A DNA stretch of 64,000 nucleotides from Burkholderiales bacterium (GTDB taxonomy: Bacteria; Pseudomonadota; Gammaproteobacteria; Burkholderiales; SG8-39). The stretch covers positions 14,889 through 78,888 of the forward strand of contig JBFWRS010000011.1 of assembly GCA_050248795.1 (NCBI GenBank), given 5' to 3'. Positions 39,387 through 49,892 of the stretch are shown here, piece after piece (position 1 is the stretch's first letter; each line of letters begins with the position of its first letter). The position numbers and the translations under genes were made by a program. The notes below the pieces were generated by a model, which was not told the origin of the DNA, did no database searches, and saw only the letters and a program-made list of their open reading frames with translations.

Positions 39387-39620
39387 GTCTGTCTCCTGTC
39401 TAGGTTGGTCCTGGTTGCACCCTGGATCTGCGGGTGGCAGACGGAGACTGGCCGGCGAAGGGGCGGTTCATCAACCGCGGGTCCCGACCACAGAATGAAA
39501 GATTTGCCTTTTCGCGCCGCGTGCAGGCGCTCAGGGGCGTTTCAGAGGCGATTCGAGCGCGATTCGGGCAGGTGGATGGCGCTCCGCCACCGCTGCAGGT
39601 GCCGAATGGTGAAATGAAGC

Positions 39621-39652
39621 AGGAAAACGGTGCGTTTTCGCACCGTTTTCCT
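39621..39652 (-). terminator. Perfect 14-bp stem hairpin downstream of the phasin gene
   Basis: aggaaaacggtgcg-tttt-cgcaccgttttcct, located 42 nt after the phasin stop. The U-tract on the minus strand is weak. Confidence 0.5.
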
Positions 39653-39693
39653 GCGATCGCCGCTGCGAAATTTCTTCGGCGGGAAAGGTGTCG

Positions 39694-40077
39694 CTACCTG
39701 CCGGTGCGGCGACGCGGGTTGGCGCGCCTGACCGTCGTGCGCTGCCGGCTGATACGCGCCTTTGCGGGCCTTGCGCGCTTCGCGAGCTTGCGCCGCACCT
39801 TTTTCAGCGTCGTCCTGGCGCGCCTGGTCGCGGTCGCCTTCACCTTTGTCAGGCGGGCGCGCAAGCGTGTCATCTCGGAAGTGGCGAGCTTGCGCGCACC
39901 GGCTTCCGCGCGCCTTCCTTCCTTGACGAGCGCATCGAAGATCTTGCCGCCTTCCTGGCGCGTGGTGGCGAACACACCCAGGCCTGCGTACCAGATCTCC
40001 CGCGCGGACTTGCGCACGGTCGCCGCGAGCTTGCGTTGCTTCGCCCCCGCGGAAGCGGCTTTGCGTTTGGTGGCCAT
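39694..40077 (-). CDS. PHA-granule-associated phasin (PhaF/PhaI-type N-domain) with a basic histone-H1-like tail
   Basis: 127 aa from ATG 40077 (AAGGAG RBS). [29 protein letters not shown] matches the PhaF/PhaI N-terminal block. The C-terminal half is K/R/A/T-rich. Confidence 0.75.
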   Translation of the reverse strand: MATKRKAASAGAKQRKLAATVRKSAREIWYAGLGVFATTRQEGGKIFDALVKEGRRAEAGARKLATSEMTRLRARLTKVKATATRRARTTLKKVRRKLAKRARPAKARISRQRTTVRRANPRRRTGR

Positions 40078-40164
40078 GTTGCTGCTCCTTTCGTTTTGCG
40101 AGAGTGGCAGATGAGCAAGTCTACGCCCGCTGCCTCGACCCCGCACCCCGAGGCACTGCCCCGG

Positions 40165-40170
40165 TATAAT
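40165..40170 (+). promoter_or_regulatory. Candidate -10 box (perfect TATAAT) upstream of etfB
   Basis: TATAAT lies 37 nt upstream of the etfB ATG, in the divergent phasin/etfB spacer. The -35 element is not convincing. Confidence 0.3.
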
Positions 40171-40206
40171 TCGCGCTCTCCCACAGTCAGCGAAAGATCC
40201 CAGCCG

Positions 40207-40956
40207 ATGAAGGTCCTCGTTTCCGTCAAACGGGTGGTCGACTACAACGTCAAGGTGCGCGTGAAGTCCGACGGCACCGGCGTGGAGACCGCCAACGTGA
40301 AGATGTCCATGAATCCGTTCGACGAGATCGCGATCGAGGAGGCAGTGCGCCTCAAGGAAGCGGGGGTGGCAACGGAGATCGTCGCGGTTTCCTGCGGCGT
40401 GCAGGCCTGCCAGGAGACGCTTCGCACTGCGCTTGCGATCGGCGCCGATCGCGCCATCCTGGTCGAGACCGACGCCGAGCTGCAGCCGCTGGCGGTCGCC
40501 AAGCTGCTCAAGGCGGTGTGCGCGAAGGAGTCGCCGCAGCTCGTGATCACCGGCAAGCAGGCGATCGATGACGACTCCAACCAGACCGGGCAGATGCTCG
40601 CGGCGCTGATGGGCTGGTCCCAGGCGACCTTCGCCTCGAAGCTGGCGATCGCCGATGGCAAGGCGTCGGTAACGCGCGAAGTCGACGGCGGGCTCGAGAC
40701 GCTGTCGCTCAAGCTGCCCGCGGTGGTGACCACCGACCTGCGCCTGAACGAGCCCAGGTACGTGACGCTGCCGAACATCATGAAGGCGAAGAAGAAGACG
40801 CTCGAGACGCTGAAGCCCGATGCGCTCGGCGTCGACGTGGCGCCGCGGCTGGCGACGCTCAAGGTAGTCGAGCCCTCCAAGCGCAAGGCCGGCATCAAGG
40901 TTCCGGACGCCAAGGCGCTGGTCGACAAGCTCCGCAACGAAGCGAAGGTCATCTGA
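40207..40956 (+). CDS. etfB: Electron transfer flavoprotein subunit beta
   Basis: [36 protein letters not shown]. Internal start of track ORF 39688..40956. Confidence 0.95.
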   Translation: MKVLVSVKRVVDYNVKVRVKSDGTGVETANVKMSMNPFDEIAIEEAVRLKEAGVATEIVAVSCGVQACQETLRTALAIGADRAILVETDAELQPLAVAKLLKAVCAKESPQLVITGKQAIDDDSNQTGQMLAALMGWSQATFASKLAIADGKASVTREVDGGLETLSLKLPAVVTTDLRLNEPRYVTLPNIMKAKKKTLETLKPDALGVDVAPRLATLKVVEPSKRKAGIKVPDAKALVDKLRNEAKVI

Positions 40957-41891
40957 TGCCCGTACTCGTCATTGCCGAACACGACAACGCCTCGGTCAAG
41001 GGCGCAACCCTCAATACGGTCGCCGCCGCGCAGAAGATCGGCGGCGACATCCACGTGCTGGTTGCCGGCGCCGGCGCGGACGGGGCGGCGAAGGCCGCGG
41101 CCTCGATCGCCGGCATTGCGAAGGTGCTGCACGCCGATGCGCCGCACCTGGGCGACTTTCTCGCCGAGAACGTCGCCGCGCTGGTCGCCTCGGTCGGGAA
41201 GGCGTACTCGCACATCCTCGCGCCGTCGACCTCCAACGGCAAGAACGTGACGCCACGCATTGCGGCGCTGCTGGACGTGCAGCAGATCTCCGATATCGTC
41301 GAGGTGCAGGCGCCCGATACCTTCGTGCGGCCGATCTACGCCGGCAACGCGCTGGCAACCGTGCAGTCGAAGGACGCCATCAAGGTCATCACCGTGCGCA
41401 CCACGGGGTTCGACGCGGTCGCGGCAAGCGGCGGCTCGGCTGCGGTGGAGAGCGTTTCTGCGCCGGCGGACAGCGGCCTGTCCTCCTTCGTCGGGCGCGA
41501 GGTGCAGAAATCGGAACGTCCGGAACTGACCGCGGCGAAGATCATCGTCTCGGGCGGCCGAGGCATGGGCTCGGGCGAGAATTTCAAGCTGCTGGAGCCG
41601 CTCGCAGACAAGCTGAACGCGGCGATGGGCGCCTCTCGCGCCGCGGTGGACGCGGGCTTCGTGCCGAACGACTGGCAGGTCGGCCAGACCGGCAAGATCG
41701 TCGCCCCGGAGCTGTACATCGCGGTCGGGATCTCCGGCGCGATCCAGCACCTGGCCGGGATGAAGGACAGCCGCGTCATCGTCGCCATCAACAAGGACGA
41801 GGAGGCGCCGATCTTCTCGGTGGCCGATTACGGCATCGTCGGCGACCTGTTCCAGGTCGTGCCGCAGGTGATCGAGGAACTCAACAAGTAG
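40956..41891 (+). CDS. etfA: Electron transfer flavoprotein subunit alpha
   Basis: 311 aa: ..IVSGGRG.. and [21 protein letters not shown]. Start overlaps the etfB stop (TGATG). Confidence 0.95.
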   Translation: MPVLVIAEHDNASVKGATLNTVAAAQKIGGDIHVLVAGAGADGAAKAAASIAGIAKVLHADAPHLGDFLAENVAALVASVGKAYSHILAPSTSNGKNVTPRIAALLDVQQISDIVEVQAPDTFVRPIYAGNALATVQSKDAIKVITVRTTGFDAVAASGGSAAVESVSAPADSGLSSFVGREVQKSERPELTAAKIIVSGGRGMGSGENFKLLEPLADKLNAAMGASRAAVDAGFVPNDWQVGQTGKIVAPELYIAVGISGAIQHLAGMKDSRVIVAINKDEEAPIFSVADYGIVGDLFQVVPQVIEELNK

Positions 41892-41916
41892 CACCACCCG
41901 AGCAAGCGAGCGCGCC

Positions 41917-43707
41917 ATGAGCACCTACATCGCCCCCCTGAAGGACATGCGCTTCGTGGTCAGGGAGCTGGCCGGACTGGAAGGCATTGCCCAGCTTCCT
42001 GGTTGCGAGGAGGCGACGCCGGATACGGTGGACGCGATCCTCGAAGAGGCGGCGAAGTTCGCCAGCGAGGTGCTGGATCCGCTGAACTACACCGGCGACC
42101 GGGAAGGCTCGGTGTGGCAGGACGGCGCGGTGAAGACGCCCAGGGGGTTCAAGGAGGCGTACCGGCAGTACGTGGAAGCCGGCTGGGGCGCGCTGCCGGT
42201 GGATGCGCGCTGGGGCGGGCAGGGGCTGCCGCGGCTGGTGTCCACGCCAGTCGAAGAGATGTGGTGCAGTGCGAACATGAGCTTTTCGCTCTGCCCGATG
42301 CTCACGCAGGGCGCACTGCACGCGCTGGAACTGGCAGGCACGCCGGAACTGCAGAAGACCTTCCTCGGCAAGATGGCCTCGGGCGAATGGACCGGCACCA
42401 TGAACCTTACAGAGCCGCAGGCCGGCTCGGACCTCGCGCTGCTGCGCACCCGGGCCGAACCCCAGGGTGATCATTACCTGATCTCCGGCCAGAAGATCTT
42501 CATCACCTACGGCGAGCAGGACTTCACCGAGAACATCGTGCACCTGGTGCTCGCGCGCACGCCCGACGCGCCGGAAGGCGTGAAGGGGATTTCGCTCTTC
42601 GTCGTGCCGAAGTTCCTCGTCAACCCGGACGGTTCGCTGGGCAGGCGGAATTCGGCGACCTGCGCATCGCTCGAGCACAAGCTCGGCATCCATGCCAGCC
42701 CGACTGCGGTGATGGTCTACGACAAGGCGGTGGGTTACCTGGTCGGCAAGGAGAACGCCGGCCTTTCCTACATGTTCATCATGATGAACGCGGCACGTTT
42801 CGCCGTGGGCCTGGAGGGCGTGTCGATCTCCGAGCGCGCGCTGCAACGGGCGGTAGCCTATGCGCGCGAGCGCGTGCAGGGTCGCGACCTGGTTGAAGGC
42901 GCGAAGTCCGCGCCGATCATCCGCCATCCGGACGTGCGCCGCATGCTGATGCTGATGAAGTCGCAGACCGAGGCGATGCGGGCGTTCGCCTACGTGGTCG
43001 CCGCCGCAACGGACGTGGCGCACGGCCACCCGGACAAGGCGGTGCGGGAGCGCAACCAGGCTTTCGTGGACCTGATGATCCCGGTGGTGAAGGGATGGAG
43101 CACCGAAACCGGCATCGAGGTGGCCTCGCTGGGCGTACAGGTGCACGGCGGCATGGGCTTCATCGAGGAGACCGGCGCCGCGCAGCACCTGCGCGATGCG
43201 CGCATCACGACAATCTACGAAGGCACCACCGGCATCCAGGCGAACGACCTGCTCGGTCGCAAGATCGCCCGCGAGGGCGGCGCGACGGTCAAGGCGTGGC
43301 TGGCGCACCTGCATCAGTTCGACGCCGAACTGGCGCAATCGAAGAGCGCGGACGTCGCGGCGCTGCGCGCCGGGCTGTCGGCGGGTACGAGGGCGATCGC
43401 CGACAGCGTCGACTGGGTGCTGGCCACCGCCGGCAAGGATCCGCGCGCCGCTTTCGCCGGTGCGGTGCCGTTCCTGAAGCTCATGGGCATCGTCGCCGGC
43501 GGCTGGCAGATGGCGCGCGCCGCGCTCATAGCCGAGAGGCGCGTTGCCGAAGGCAAGGGCGATATCGAGTTCTACAAGGCCAAGATCGTCACCGCGCGCT
43601 TCTACAACGACCAGGTGCTGGTGCAGGCGGGTTCGCTGCGCGATACCGTGGTCAATGGCGCAAGCGCGGTGATGGCACTAGCCGACGACCAGTTCCTCGC
43701 CGCTTAA
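41917..43707 (+). CDS. Acyl-CoA dehydrogenase, long (about 600 aa) form with C-terminal domain
   Basis: 596 aa: LTEPQAGSDL, ITYGE, IYEGTTGIQANDL, and a C-terminal extension of about 150 aa typical of large FadE-like ACADs. Confidence 0.9.
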   Translation: MSTYIAPLKDMRFVVRELAGLEGIAQLPGCEEATPDTVDAILEEAAKFASEVLDPLNYTGDREGSVWQDGAVKTPRGFKEAYRQYVEAGWGALPVDARWGGQGLPRLVSTPVEEMWCSANMSFSLCPMLTQGALHALELAGTPELQKTFLGKMASGEWTGTMNLTEPQAGSDLALLRTRAEPQGDHYLISGQKIFITYGEQDFTENIVHLVLARTPDAPEGVKGISLFVVPKFLVNPDGSLGRRNSATCASLEHKLGIHASPTAVMVYDKAVGYLVGKENAGLSYMFIMMNAARFAVGLEGVSISERALQRAVAYARERVQGRDLVEGAKSAPIIRHPDVRRMLMLMKSQTEAMRAFAYVVAAATDVAHGHPDKAVRERNQAFVDLMIPVVKGWSTETGIEVASLGVQVHGGMGFIEETGAAQHLRDARITTIYEGTTGIQANDLLGRKIAREGGATVKAWLAHLHQFDAELAQSKSADVAALRAGLSAGTRAIADSVDWVLATAGKDPRAAFAGAVPFLKLMGIVAGGWQMARAALIAERRVAEGKGDIEFYKAKIVTARFYNDQVLVQAGSLRDTVVNGASAVMALADDQFLAA

Positions 43708-43820
43708 AACCTGATTCTGTCGCGCAGGATCTCGCTCCACGCCTCAAAAGCGGATCTTGCCGCGCAAGACCTCGCTCCACGCCTCAAAAGCGGATCTTGC
43801 CTCGCAAGATCTCGCTCCAC
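43701..43820. repeat. Three tandem 40-bp repeats; each holds a hairpin and a copy of the last 11 codons plus the stop of the DUF962 gene
   Basis: Copies at 43701-43740, 43741-43780 and 43781-43820. B and C differ at 2 of 40 positions; A is more diverged. On the minus strand they read WSEILRDRIRF*, WSEVLRGKIRF* and WSEILRGKIRF*. Hairpin example: GATCTTG-CCTCG-CAAGATC. Confidence 0.85.
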
Positions 43821-44098
43821 ATGACCCAGTCGCCGGCGAAGCTGTAGAACGGGTAGGTGAAGGTGGCGGGGCGGTTCTTCTCGAAGAAGAAGTGCCCCAC
43901 CCAGGCAAAGGCGTAGCCGCAGGCGAGGCCGGCGAGCAGCCACCACGGGTTCAGTGTCACCACTGCCGCAACCAGACAGCACAGGCCCAGTGACGTGCCG
44001 ACGAAGTGCAGCCGCCGGCTGGTGCGGTTGGCGTGCTCCGTGAGGTAGAACGGGTAGAACTCCGCGAAGCTCGAATATTTCCCGGCCACGGCGCTCAC
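43784..44098 (-). CDS. DUF962 (Mpo1-like) small membrane protein
   Basis: 104 aa, (M)[34 protein letters not shown]...WVGHFFFEKNRPATF.. The GTG start overlaps the ETF-QO stop (GTGA). It is the tail of artefactual track ORF 43784..46228. Confidence 0.75.
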   Translation of the reverse strand: MSAVAGKYSSFAEFYPFYLTEHANRTSRRLHFVGTSLGLCCLVAAVVTLNPWWLLAGLACGYAFAWVGHFFFEKNRPATFTYPFYSFAGDWVMWSEILRGKIRF

Positions 44099-45729
44099 AT
44101 CCCCGGGTAGTTGGGGCCGCCGCCGCCTTCCGGCGTGACCCAGACGATGTTCTGCGTCGGATCCTTGATGTCGCAGGTCTTGCAATGCACGCAGTTCTGC
44201 GCGCTGATCTGCAGGCGCGGGTTCGTGCCATCGTCGTCCCGGACGATCTCGTAGACGCCTGCCGGGCAATAGCGCTGCTCGGGTGCGTCGTACAGTTCCA
44301 GATTCACGCTCACCGGCACTGACGGATCCTTCAGCGTCAGGTGTATCGGCTGGTCCTCGTTGTGGTTGGTGTTCGAGATGAAAACCGACGAGAGCTTGTC
44401 GAAGGAAAGCACCCCATCCGGCTTCGGGTAGGCAATGGGCTGGAAGTCGCTTTTCGGGCGCAATTGCGCATGGTCCGGACCCTTGTGCCCCAGCGTCCAC
44501 GGAGCCTTGCCGCCGAATACGATCTGGTCGATGCCGACCATCAGCGTGCCCAGGTACAGCCCCTTCGACATCCAGGGCTTGAAGTTGCGGGCACGGTAGA
44601 GCTCGTCGAACAGCCACGACTGCCGGAACGCCGCTGGATAGGCGGCAAGCTCGTCGCGTGCGCGCGCCGCGCCAAGCGCCTCGTGCGCGGCCTGGGCAGC
44701 GAGCATGCCCGACTTGATCGCGCAATGGCTGCCCTTGATGCGCGATGCGTTGAGGAACCCGGCGTCGTCGCCGACCAGGCAGCCTCCGGGGAAGACGAGC
44801 TTCGGCAGGGATTGCAGGCCGCCGGCCGCGATCGCCCGCGCGCCGTAAGCCACGCGCTTGCCGCCTTCGAGGAAGGCGCGGATCGCCGGGTGCGTCTTGT
44901 AGCGCTGGAATTCGTCGTACGGACTGAGGTAGGGATTCGAATAGCCCAGCCCGACGACGAAACCGACCGCGACCAGGTTGTCCTCGAGGTGGTAGAGGAA
45001 GGATCCGCCGTAGGTGTCGCTTGCCAGCGGCCAGCCCGCGGTGTGCACGACCAGCCCGGGCTGGTGGCGTTCGGGCTTCACTTCCCAGAGTTCCTTGAGG
45101 CCGATGCCGTAGACCTGCGGTTCCACGCCTGCGTGCAGGTGGAATTTTTCTCCGAGTTGTCGCGCGAGGTGTCCGCGGCAACCCTCGGCGAAGAAGGTGT
45201 ACTTCGCATGCAGTTCCATGCCGGGCTGATACGCGTCGGTGCGCTCGCCGCTCCGGCCGACACCCATGTCGCCGGTTGCCACGCCCTTGACCGCGCCTTG
45301 TTCGTCGTAGAGCACCTCGGCGGCGGCAAAGCCGGGGAAGATCTCCACGCCAAGCGCTTCGGCCTGCTGGCCAAGCCAGCGCGTGACATTGCCCAGGCTG
45401 ATGACGTAGTTGCCGTGATTGCGGAAGCAGCCCGGCAGCATCCAGCCAGGTGTCTTCAGGCTGGAAGACTCGGTGAGGAAGAGGAAGCGGTCCTCGGTCA
45501 CCGGCGTGGTGAGCGGGGCGCCCTTGTCCTTCCAGTCCGGAATCAGTTCGCCGATGGCGCGCGGATCCATTACCGCACCCGACAGGATGTGCGCGCCGAC
45601 TTCCGATCCCTTTTCCAGCACGCAGACGCTGGTATCGGCAGAAAGCTGCTTCAGGCGGATCGCCGCGGCGAGCCCCGCGGGGCCTCCGCCGACGACCACC
45701 ACGTCGTACTCCATCGATTCGCGTGCCAT
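44095..45729 (-). CDS. Electron transfer flavoprotein-ubiquinone oxidoreductase
   Basis: [23 protein letters not shown] (FAD fold) and the C-terminal 4Fe-4S motif [20 protein letters not shown]. Start taken at the internal ATG 45729. Confidence 0.93.
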   Translation of the reverse strand: MARESMEYDVVVVGGGPAGLAAAIRLKQLSADTSVCVLEKGSEVGAHILSGAVMDPRAIGELIPDWKDKGAPLTTPVTEDRFLFLTESSSLKTPGWMLPGCFRNHGNYVISLGNVTRWLGQQAEALGVEIFPGFAAAEVLYDEQGAVKGVATGDMGVGRSGERTDAYQPGMELHAKYTFFAEGCRGHLARQLGEKFHLHAGVEPQVYGIGLKELWEVKPERHQPGLVVHTAGWPLASDTYGGSFLYHLEDNLVAVGFVVGLGYSNPYLSPYDEFQRYKTHPAIRAFLEGGKRVAYGARAIAAGGLQSLPKLVFPGGCLVGDDAGFLNASRIKGSHCAIKSGMLAAQAAHEALGAARARDELAAYPAAFRQSWLFDELYRARNFKPWMSKGLYLGTLMVGIDQIVFGGKAPWTLGHKGPDHAQLRPKSDFQPIAYPKPDGVLSFDKLSSVFISNTNHNEDQPIHLTLKDPSVPVSVNLELYDAPEQRYCPAGVYEIVRDDDGTNPRLQISAQNCVHCKTCDIKDPTQNIVWVTPEGGGGPNYPGM

Positions 45730-45754
45730 GGCTTGAATTATAGAATGGCTGTCT

Positions 45755-46168
45755 ATGACCGAGACCAGGCGACTCGCTTTCACCGAACGCATCCCCATCC
45801 GCTGGGGCGACATGGACGCCATGGGGCACGTGAACAACACCGTGTATTTCCGCTACATGGAGCAGTCCCGCATCAGCTGGGTCGACACGCTGATCCCGCG
45901 GGTGGCGGGCCGCGCCTCCGGTATCGTCATCGTGAACGCCTCGTGCACCTTCCGTCGGCCCATGACATATCCGGGGACGGTGGAGGTGAAGTTGCTTATA
46001 GGCGCCCTCGGCGGTTCCAGCGTGCCTACCTATTACGAGATGCGTGTCGACGACGATCCCGCGCTGTTCGCCGAAGGCGCTGCGGTCGTCGTCTTCATCG
46101 ACATGCAGAAGCAGACGCCGATACGCATCCCGGATCCGATCCGCAGGCGGCTCGAGGCGCTGACATGA
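45755..46168 (+). CDS. Acyl-CoA thioesterase, hotdog fold (YbgC/4HBT type)
   Basis: 137 aa: [23 protein letters not shown]. Confidence 0.85.
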   Translation: MTETRRLAFTERIPIRWGDMDAMGHVNNTVYFRYMEQSRISWVDTLIPRVAGRASGIVIVNASCTFRRPMTYPGTVEVKLLIGALGGSSVPTYYEMRVDDDPALFAEGAAVVVFIDMQKQTPIRIPDPIRRRLEALT

Positions 46169-48066
46169 GTGATGCGCCGCTGTGGCGACCGTCGCCTGCG
46201 CAGGTGGCGGCCACCAACATGGCTGCATTCATGCGGCTGGCCGGAGGGTTCGGCACCTACGAGGAACTGCACCGCTGGTCGGTGGAGCACAAGGAGGACT
46301 TCTGGTCGCTGCTGTGGGACTACGCGGGCGTGCGCGGCACGCGCGCGGGCCCGGCGCTCATCGACGCCGACAGGATGCCCGGCGCGCGCTGGTTCCCGCA
46401 GTCGCAACTCAACTTCGCCGAGAACCTGCTGCGCGATGCGGACGACAGCGAGGCGATGGTGTTCTGGGGAGAGGATCGCGTCAGGCGGCGCTACTCGCGG
46501 CGTGAACTGCATGCGCTGGTGTCGCGCATCGCGCAGGCGCTGAAGGCGGCCGGAATAGGCAAGGGCGACCGCGTCGCAGGCTATCTTCCCAACATGCCTG
46601 AAGCGGTAGCCGCGATGCTGGCGACCGCCTCGCTGGGCGCGATCTGGTCCTCCTGCTCGCCGGACTTCGGCGTGCAGGGTGTGCTGGACCGCTTCGGGCA
46701 GATAGAGCCGAAGGCATTCTTCTGCTGCGACAGCTATCTGTATGGCGGCAAGACCTTCGAACTGGCGGAGAAGAACGCCGCGATCCTGGCGCAGTTGCCC
46801 AGCGTGCGTGCGCGCTTCCTGCTGCGATACGGGGACGGCACGGTCGAAGGCCTGGAGGCTTTCCAGCCTGCGTCCGTGGCGTACGAGCCGGTCGAGTTCA
46901 ACCACCCCCTGTACATCCTGTATTCGTCCGGCACCACCGGCGTTCCCAAGTGCATCGTGCACGGCACTGGCGGTACGCTGCTGCAGCACCTGAAGGAGCA
47001 CCGCCTGCACAGCGACGTGAAGCCGGGCGACCGGATGTTCTACTTCACCACGCTCGGCTGGATGATGTGGAACTGGCTGGTGTCCGGTCTCGCGAGCGGC
47101 GCGACGCTGCTGCTCTACGACGGCTCGCCGTTCGTCAATCGCGGCAGGGTCGTGTTCGACTACGCCGATGCCGAGCGCATGACCCACCTGGGCACGTCGG
47201 CGAAATACCTCGACGCGATCGCGAAGATCAACCTGCAGCCGCGCGCGACGCACCGTCTGGATTCGCTGCGCGTGCTGTTGTCGACCGGCTCGCCGCTGGC
47301 ACCGGAAGGCTTCGACTACGTCTACGCCGCGATCAAGACTGACCTGTGCCTTGCCTCGATTTCGGGCGGCACCGACATCGTGTCGTGCTTTGTGCTGGGC
47401 AATCCCGCCGGCCCGGTATGGCGCGGCGAGATCCAGGCCAGGGGACTGGGGCTTGCCGTCGACGTATTCGACGAGGCGGGCAGGCCGGTGCGTGGCGACA
47501 AGGGCGAGCTCGTCTGCACGCAACCTTTCCCGGCGATGCCGGTGGGATTCTGGAACGATGCCGACGGCAGCCGATACCGCGCGGCGTACTTCGAGCGTTT
47601 CCCCGGCGTCTGGCGGCACGGCGACTGGTGCGAGATCACCGCGCATGGCGGCATGGTGATCTACGGACGCTCGGACGCGGTGCTCAACCCCGGCGGCGTG
47701 CGCATCGGCACGGCGGAAATCTACCGCCAGGTCGAACAGCTCGAAGAGGTGGTCGAATCCCTGGTCATCGGCCAGGACTGGAAGGGCGACGTGCGCGTGG
47801 TGCTGTTCGTGAAGCTGCGCGATGGCCTGGCGCTGGACGAAAAGCTTGCGGCGCGCATCCGCCAGCAGGTGCGCGCGAATACCACGCCGCGGCATGTGCC
47901 GGACAAGATCCTGCAGGTGGCGGACATCCCGCGCACCAAGAGCGGCAAGATCGTCGAGCTCGCGGTACGCGATGTCGTGCACGGGCGCGCGATCCGCAAT
48001 GCCGAGGCGCTGGCGAACCCCGAGGCGCTGGAGCTGTTCCGGAACCGTCCCGAGCTTCTAGCCTAG
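46165..48066 (+). CDS. Acetoacetyl-CoA synthetase (acetoacetate-CoA ligase)
   Basis: 633 aa from ATG 46165 (overlaps the thioesterase stop): LWRPS..F......Y.ELHRWSV....[36 protein letters not shown]. It is the tail of artefactual ORF 44341..48066. Confidence 0.9.
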   Translation: MSDAPLWRPSPAQVAATNMAAFMRLAGGFGTYEELHRWSVEHKEDFWSLLWDYAGVRGTRAGPALIDADRMPGARWFPQSQLNFAENLLRDADDSEAMVFWGEDRVRRRYSRRELHALVSRIAQALKAAGIGKGDRVAGYLPNMPEAVAAMLATASLGAIWSSCSPDFGVQGVLDRFGQIEPKAFFCCDSYLYGGKTFELAEKNAAILAQLPSVRARFLLRYGDGTVEGLEAFQPASVAYEPVEFNHPLYILYSSGTTGVPKCIVHGTGGTLLQHLKEHRLHSDVKPGDRMFYFTTLGWMMWNWLVSGLASGATLLLYDGSPFVNRGRVVFDYADAERMTHLGTSAKYLDAIAKINLQPRATHRLDSLRVLLSTGSPLAPEGFDYVYAAIKTDLCLASISGGTDIVSCFVLGNPAGPVWRGEIQARGLGLAVDVFDEAGRPVRGDKGELVCTQPFPAMPVGFWNDADGSRYRAAYFERFPGVWRHGDWCEITAHGGMVIYGRSDAVLNPGGVRIGTAEIYRQVEQLEEVVESLVIGQDWKGDVRVVLFVKLRDGLALDEKLAARIRQQVRANTTPRHVPDKILQVADIPRTKSGKIVELAVRDVVHGRAIRNAEALANPEALELFRNRPELLA

Positions 48067-48071
48067 CCGCG

Positions 48072-49892
48072 TTACGCGAGCACCTTCTCGACCTCGGCGT
48101 CCACGGCGTCCGAAACGCGGCGCCCTTCGGCCAGCAGGCTGGCAATCTCGCCTCCGGTGGCAGCGACGTAGGCCGCATCCCTGATCGACTTCAAGTTTAT
48201 GCGCGCGTTGTAGATCGCGCCCCGCAGCCCGGCCATCGCCGACAGCGCGCCGACACCGGCGTCGCTCATCATCGCCGCGTTGCCGCAGCGTGCGGCGGCG
48301 AGGCACAGGTCCAGCGCCTCGCGGCACAGGCGCGCAGTCTGCAATGGCACCTCGGTGGCATGCCGGTAGCCGGCCTGGATCGCGTCTCGCCTGGCCGCCT
48401 GCTGAGCCTCGGTGTCCTTCGGCAGGCGCATCGCCTCGATGACGCCATTGAAGGCCTGCGTGTCCGCGTCGACCGCGGCGAGCAGCCTGTCCTTGATCGA
48501 CTGCGCACGCACCGCGAGCGCGTCTAGTTCCGCGTACCTCGCCGCGAACTCGGGCTTGCCCACCGTCAGGTTGGCGACCATCGCCACCAGCGCGGCGGCG
48601 ATCGAACCGGACAGCGCGGCGATCGATCCGCCGCCGGGTGCCGGCGTGTCCCTGGACACCTCGTCTACAAAGTCCGCGACGCTGCGCGCCATCAGCGCGC
48701 CGCCACGAGCCGGCATGCCCAGCACTTTCTTGTCGATGTCGAAGGGCGCGACATCGCGCAGCCCCATGGCCTGCACCGCGGTTTCGATCACGTCTCCGAC
48801 CGGCAGTCCGGTCGATTTGCGCATGCGGCGCAGGTAATAGCGACCCGATTCCAGCATTGCGTCGAAGGGGACGACGCCGACGATCTCGGAGCCGGTGACC
48901 GCAATGCCGCGTGCCTGCGCCTCCCCGCGCGCCGCCTCCAGCACGGCGTGCGCTGGCGATGCCTTGAAGTCGGTCAGGTTGATGGAAATCTGCGCGCGCT
49001 GGTACTTCTCGACCACCCAGCCGACCGCCTTGACATGCGTGAAGCGGCCGTCGGCATAGGCCGGCTTGCCTTCGACCGATCCCGGTTGGTAGCCGAGCGC
49101 GGCATAGCGCGCCGAGAGGTCCTTGCCGTGCGCCTCGCGGTAATGTGCCGCCAGCGCAGCCCAGCTCGAGGCGACATGCGCGCAGGCGCCGCAGGGATAG
49201 GCGCCGGGGGCGAAGTTCACCACGCTCCCCTTGTAGTAGAACGGCGACACGTCGCCGCGGCGCAGGTGGCGGCCGCGCTCGCGCAGGTTGTAGGCGATGT
49301 CGTCGGCGTAGCGCTTGTCGGTGGTGGCGAGGTTGACGTTGTAGGCGATGAGGAACTCGCGCGCACCGATGATGTACGCGCCGGCGCGGGCGTTGTGCGT
49401 CGCCGGGCCGAAGTCCGGCTTCCATGCCGGGTCGGCCAGCTTGCGCGAAAGTCCTTCGTATTCCCCCGCGCGTACCGCGGCGAGGTTGCGGCGCTGTGGC
49501 GTCGCGGCCGCATGCTCGTACAGGTACACGGGTATGCCCAGCTCGCCGATGCGGCGCCCGGTTTCCCTGGCCAGCGCAGCGCATTCCGCCATCGTCACGC
49601 CGGCAACCGGCACGAAGGGGCAGACGTCCATCGCGCCCATGCGCGCATGGCTGCCATGGTGCAGCGACATGTCTATCACTTCCGCGGCGCGGCGGCCGGC
49701 GCGGAACGCGGCTTCTGCCACTGCCTCGGGTGCGCCGACGAAGGTCACGACGGTGCGGTTGGTGTCCTCGCCAGGGTCGACATCAAGCAGCGTGACGCCG
49801 CGCACCGCTTCGACTTCGGCGGTAATGCTGCGGATCGCTGCCGCATCGCGGCCTTCCGAAAAGTTCGGTACGCACTCCACCAGCTTCTGCAT
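48072..49892 (-). CDS. Glutamate formimidoyltransferase / formimidoyltetrahydrofolate cyclodeaminase (bifunctional FTCD-like) with an internal insertion
   Basis: 606 aa. N-terminus [16 protein letters not shown] (formiminotransferase). C-terminal helical cyclodeaminase domain (..[19 protein letters not shown]..). An extra segment of about 60-80 aa lies between the FT subdomains. Confidence 0.85.
   Translation of the reverse strand: MQKLVECVPNFSEGRDAAAIRSITAEVEAVRGVTLLDVDPGEDTNRTVVTFVGAPEAVAEAAFRAGRRAAEVIDMSLHHGSHARMGAMDVCPFVPVAGVTMAECAALARETGRRIGELGIPVYLYEHAAATPQRRNLAAVRAGEYEGLSRKLADPAWKPDFGPATHNARAGAYIIGAREFLIAYNVNLATTDKRYADDIAYNLRERGRHLRRGDVSPFYYKGSVVNFAPGAYPCGACAHVASSWAALAAHYREAHGKDLSARYAALGYQPGSVEGKPAYADGRFTHVKAVGWVVEKYQRAQISINLTDFKASPAHAVLEAARGEAQARGIAVTGSEIVGVVPFDAMLESGRYYLRRMRKSTGLPVGDVIETAVQAMGLRDVAPFDIDKKVLGMPARGGALMARSVADFVDEVSRDTPAPGGGSIAALSGSIAAALVAMVANLTVGKPEFAARYAELDALAVRAQSIKDRLLAAVDADTQAFNGVIEAMRLPKDTEAQQAARRDAIQAGYRHATEVPLQTARLCREALDLCLAAARCGNAAMMSDAGVGALSAMAGLRGAIYNARINLKSIRDAAYVAATGGEIASLLAEGRRVSDAVDAEVEKVLA

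Noticed and set aside
44341-48066. 1241-aa plus-strand ORF, and the 814-aa minus-strand ORF 43784..46228
   Set aside because: Only the 3' parts are real: acetoacetyl-CoA synthetase from 46165 and DUF962 from 44098. The long 5' extensions are antisense to ETF-QO or to the thioesterase and synthetase, and they have no family resemblance.
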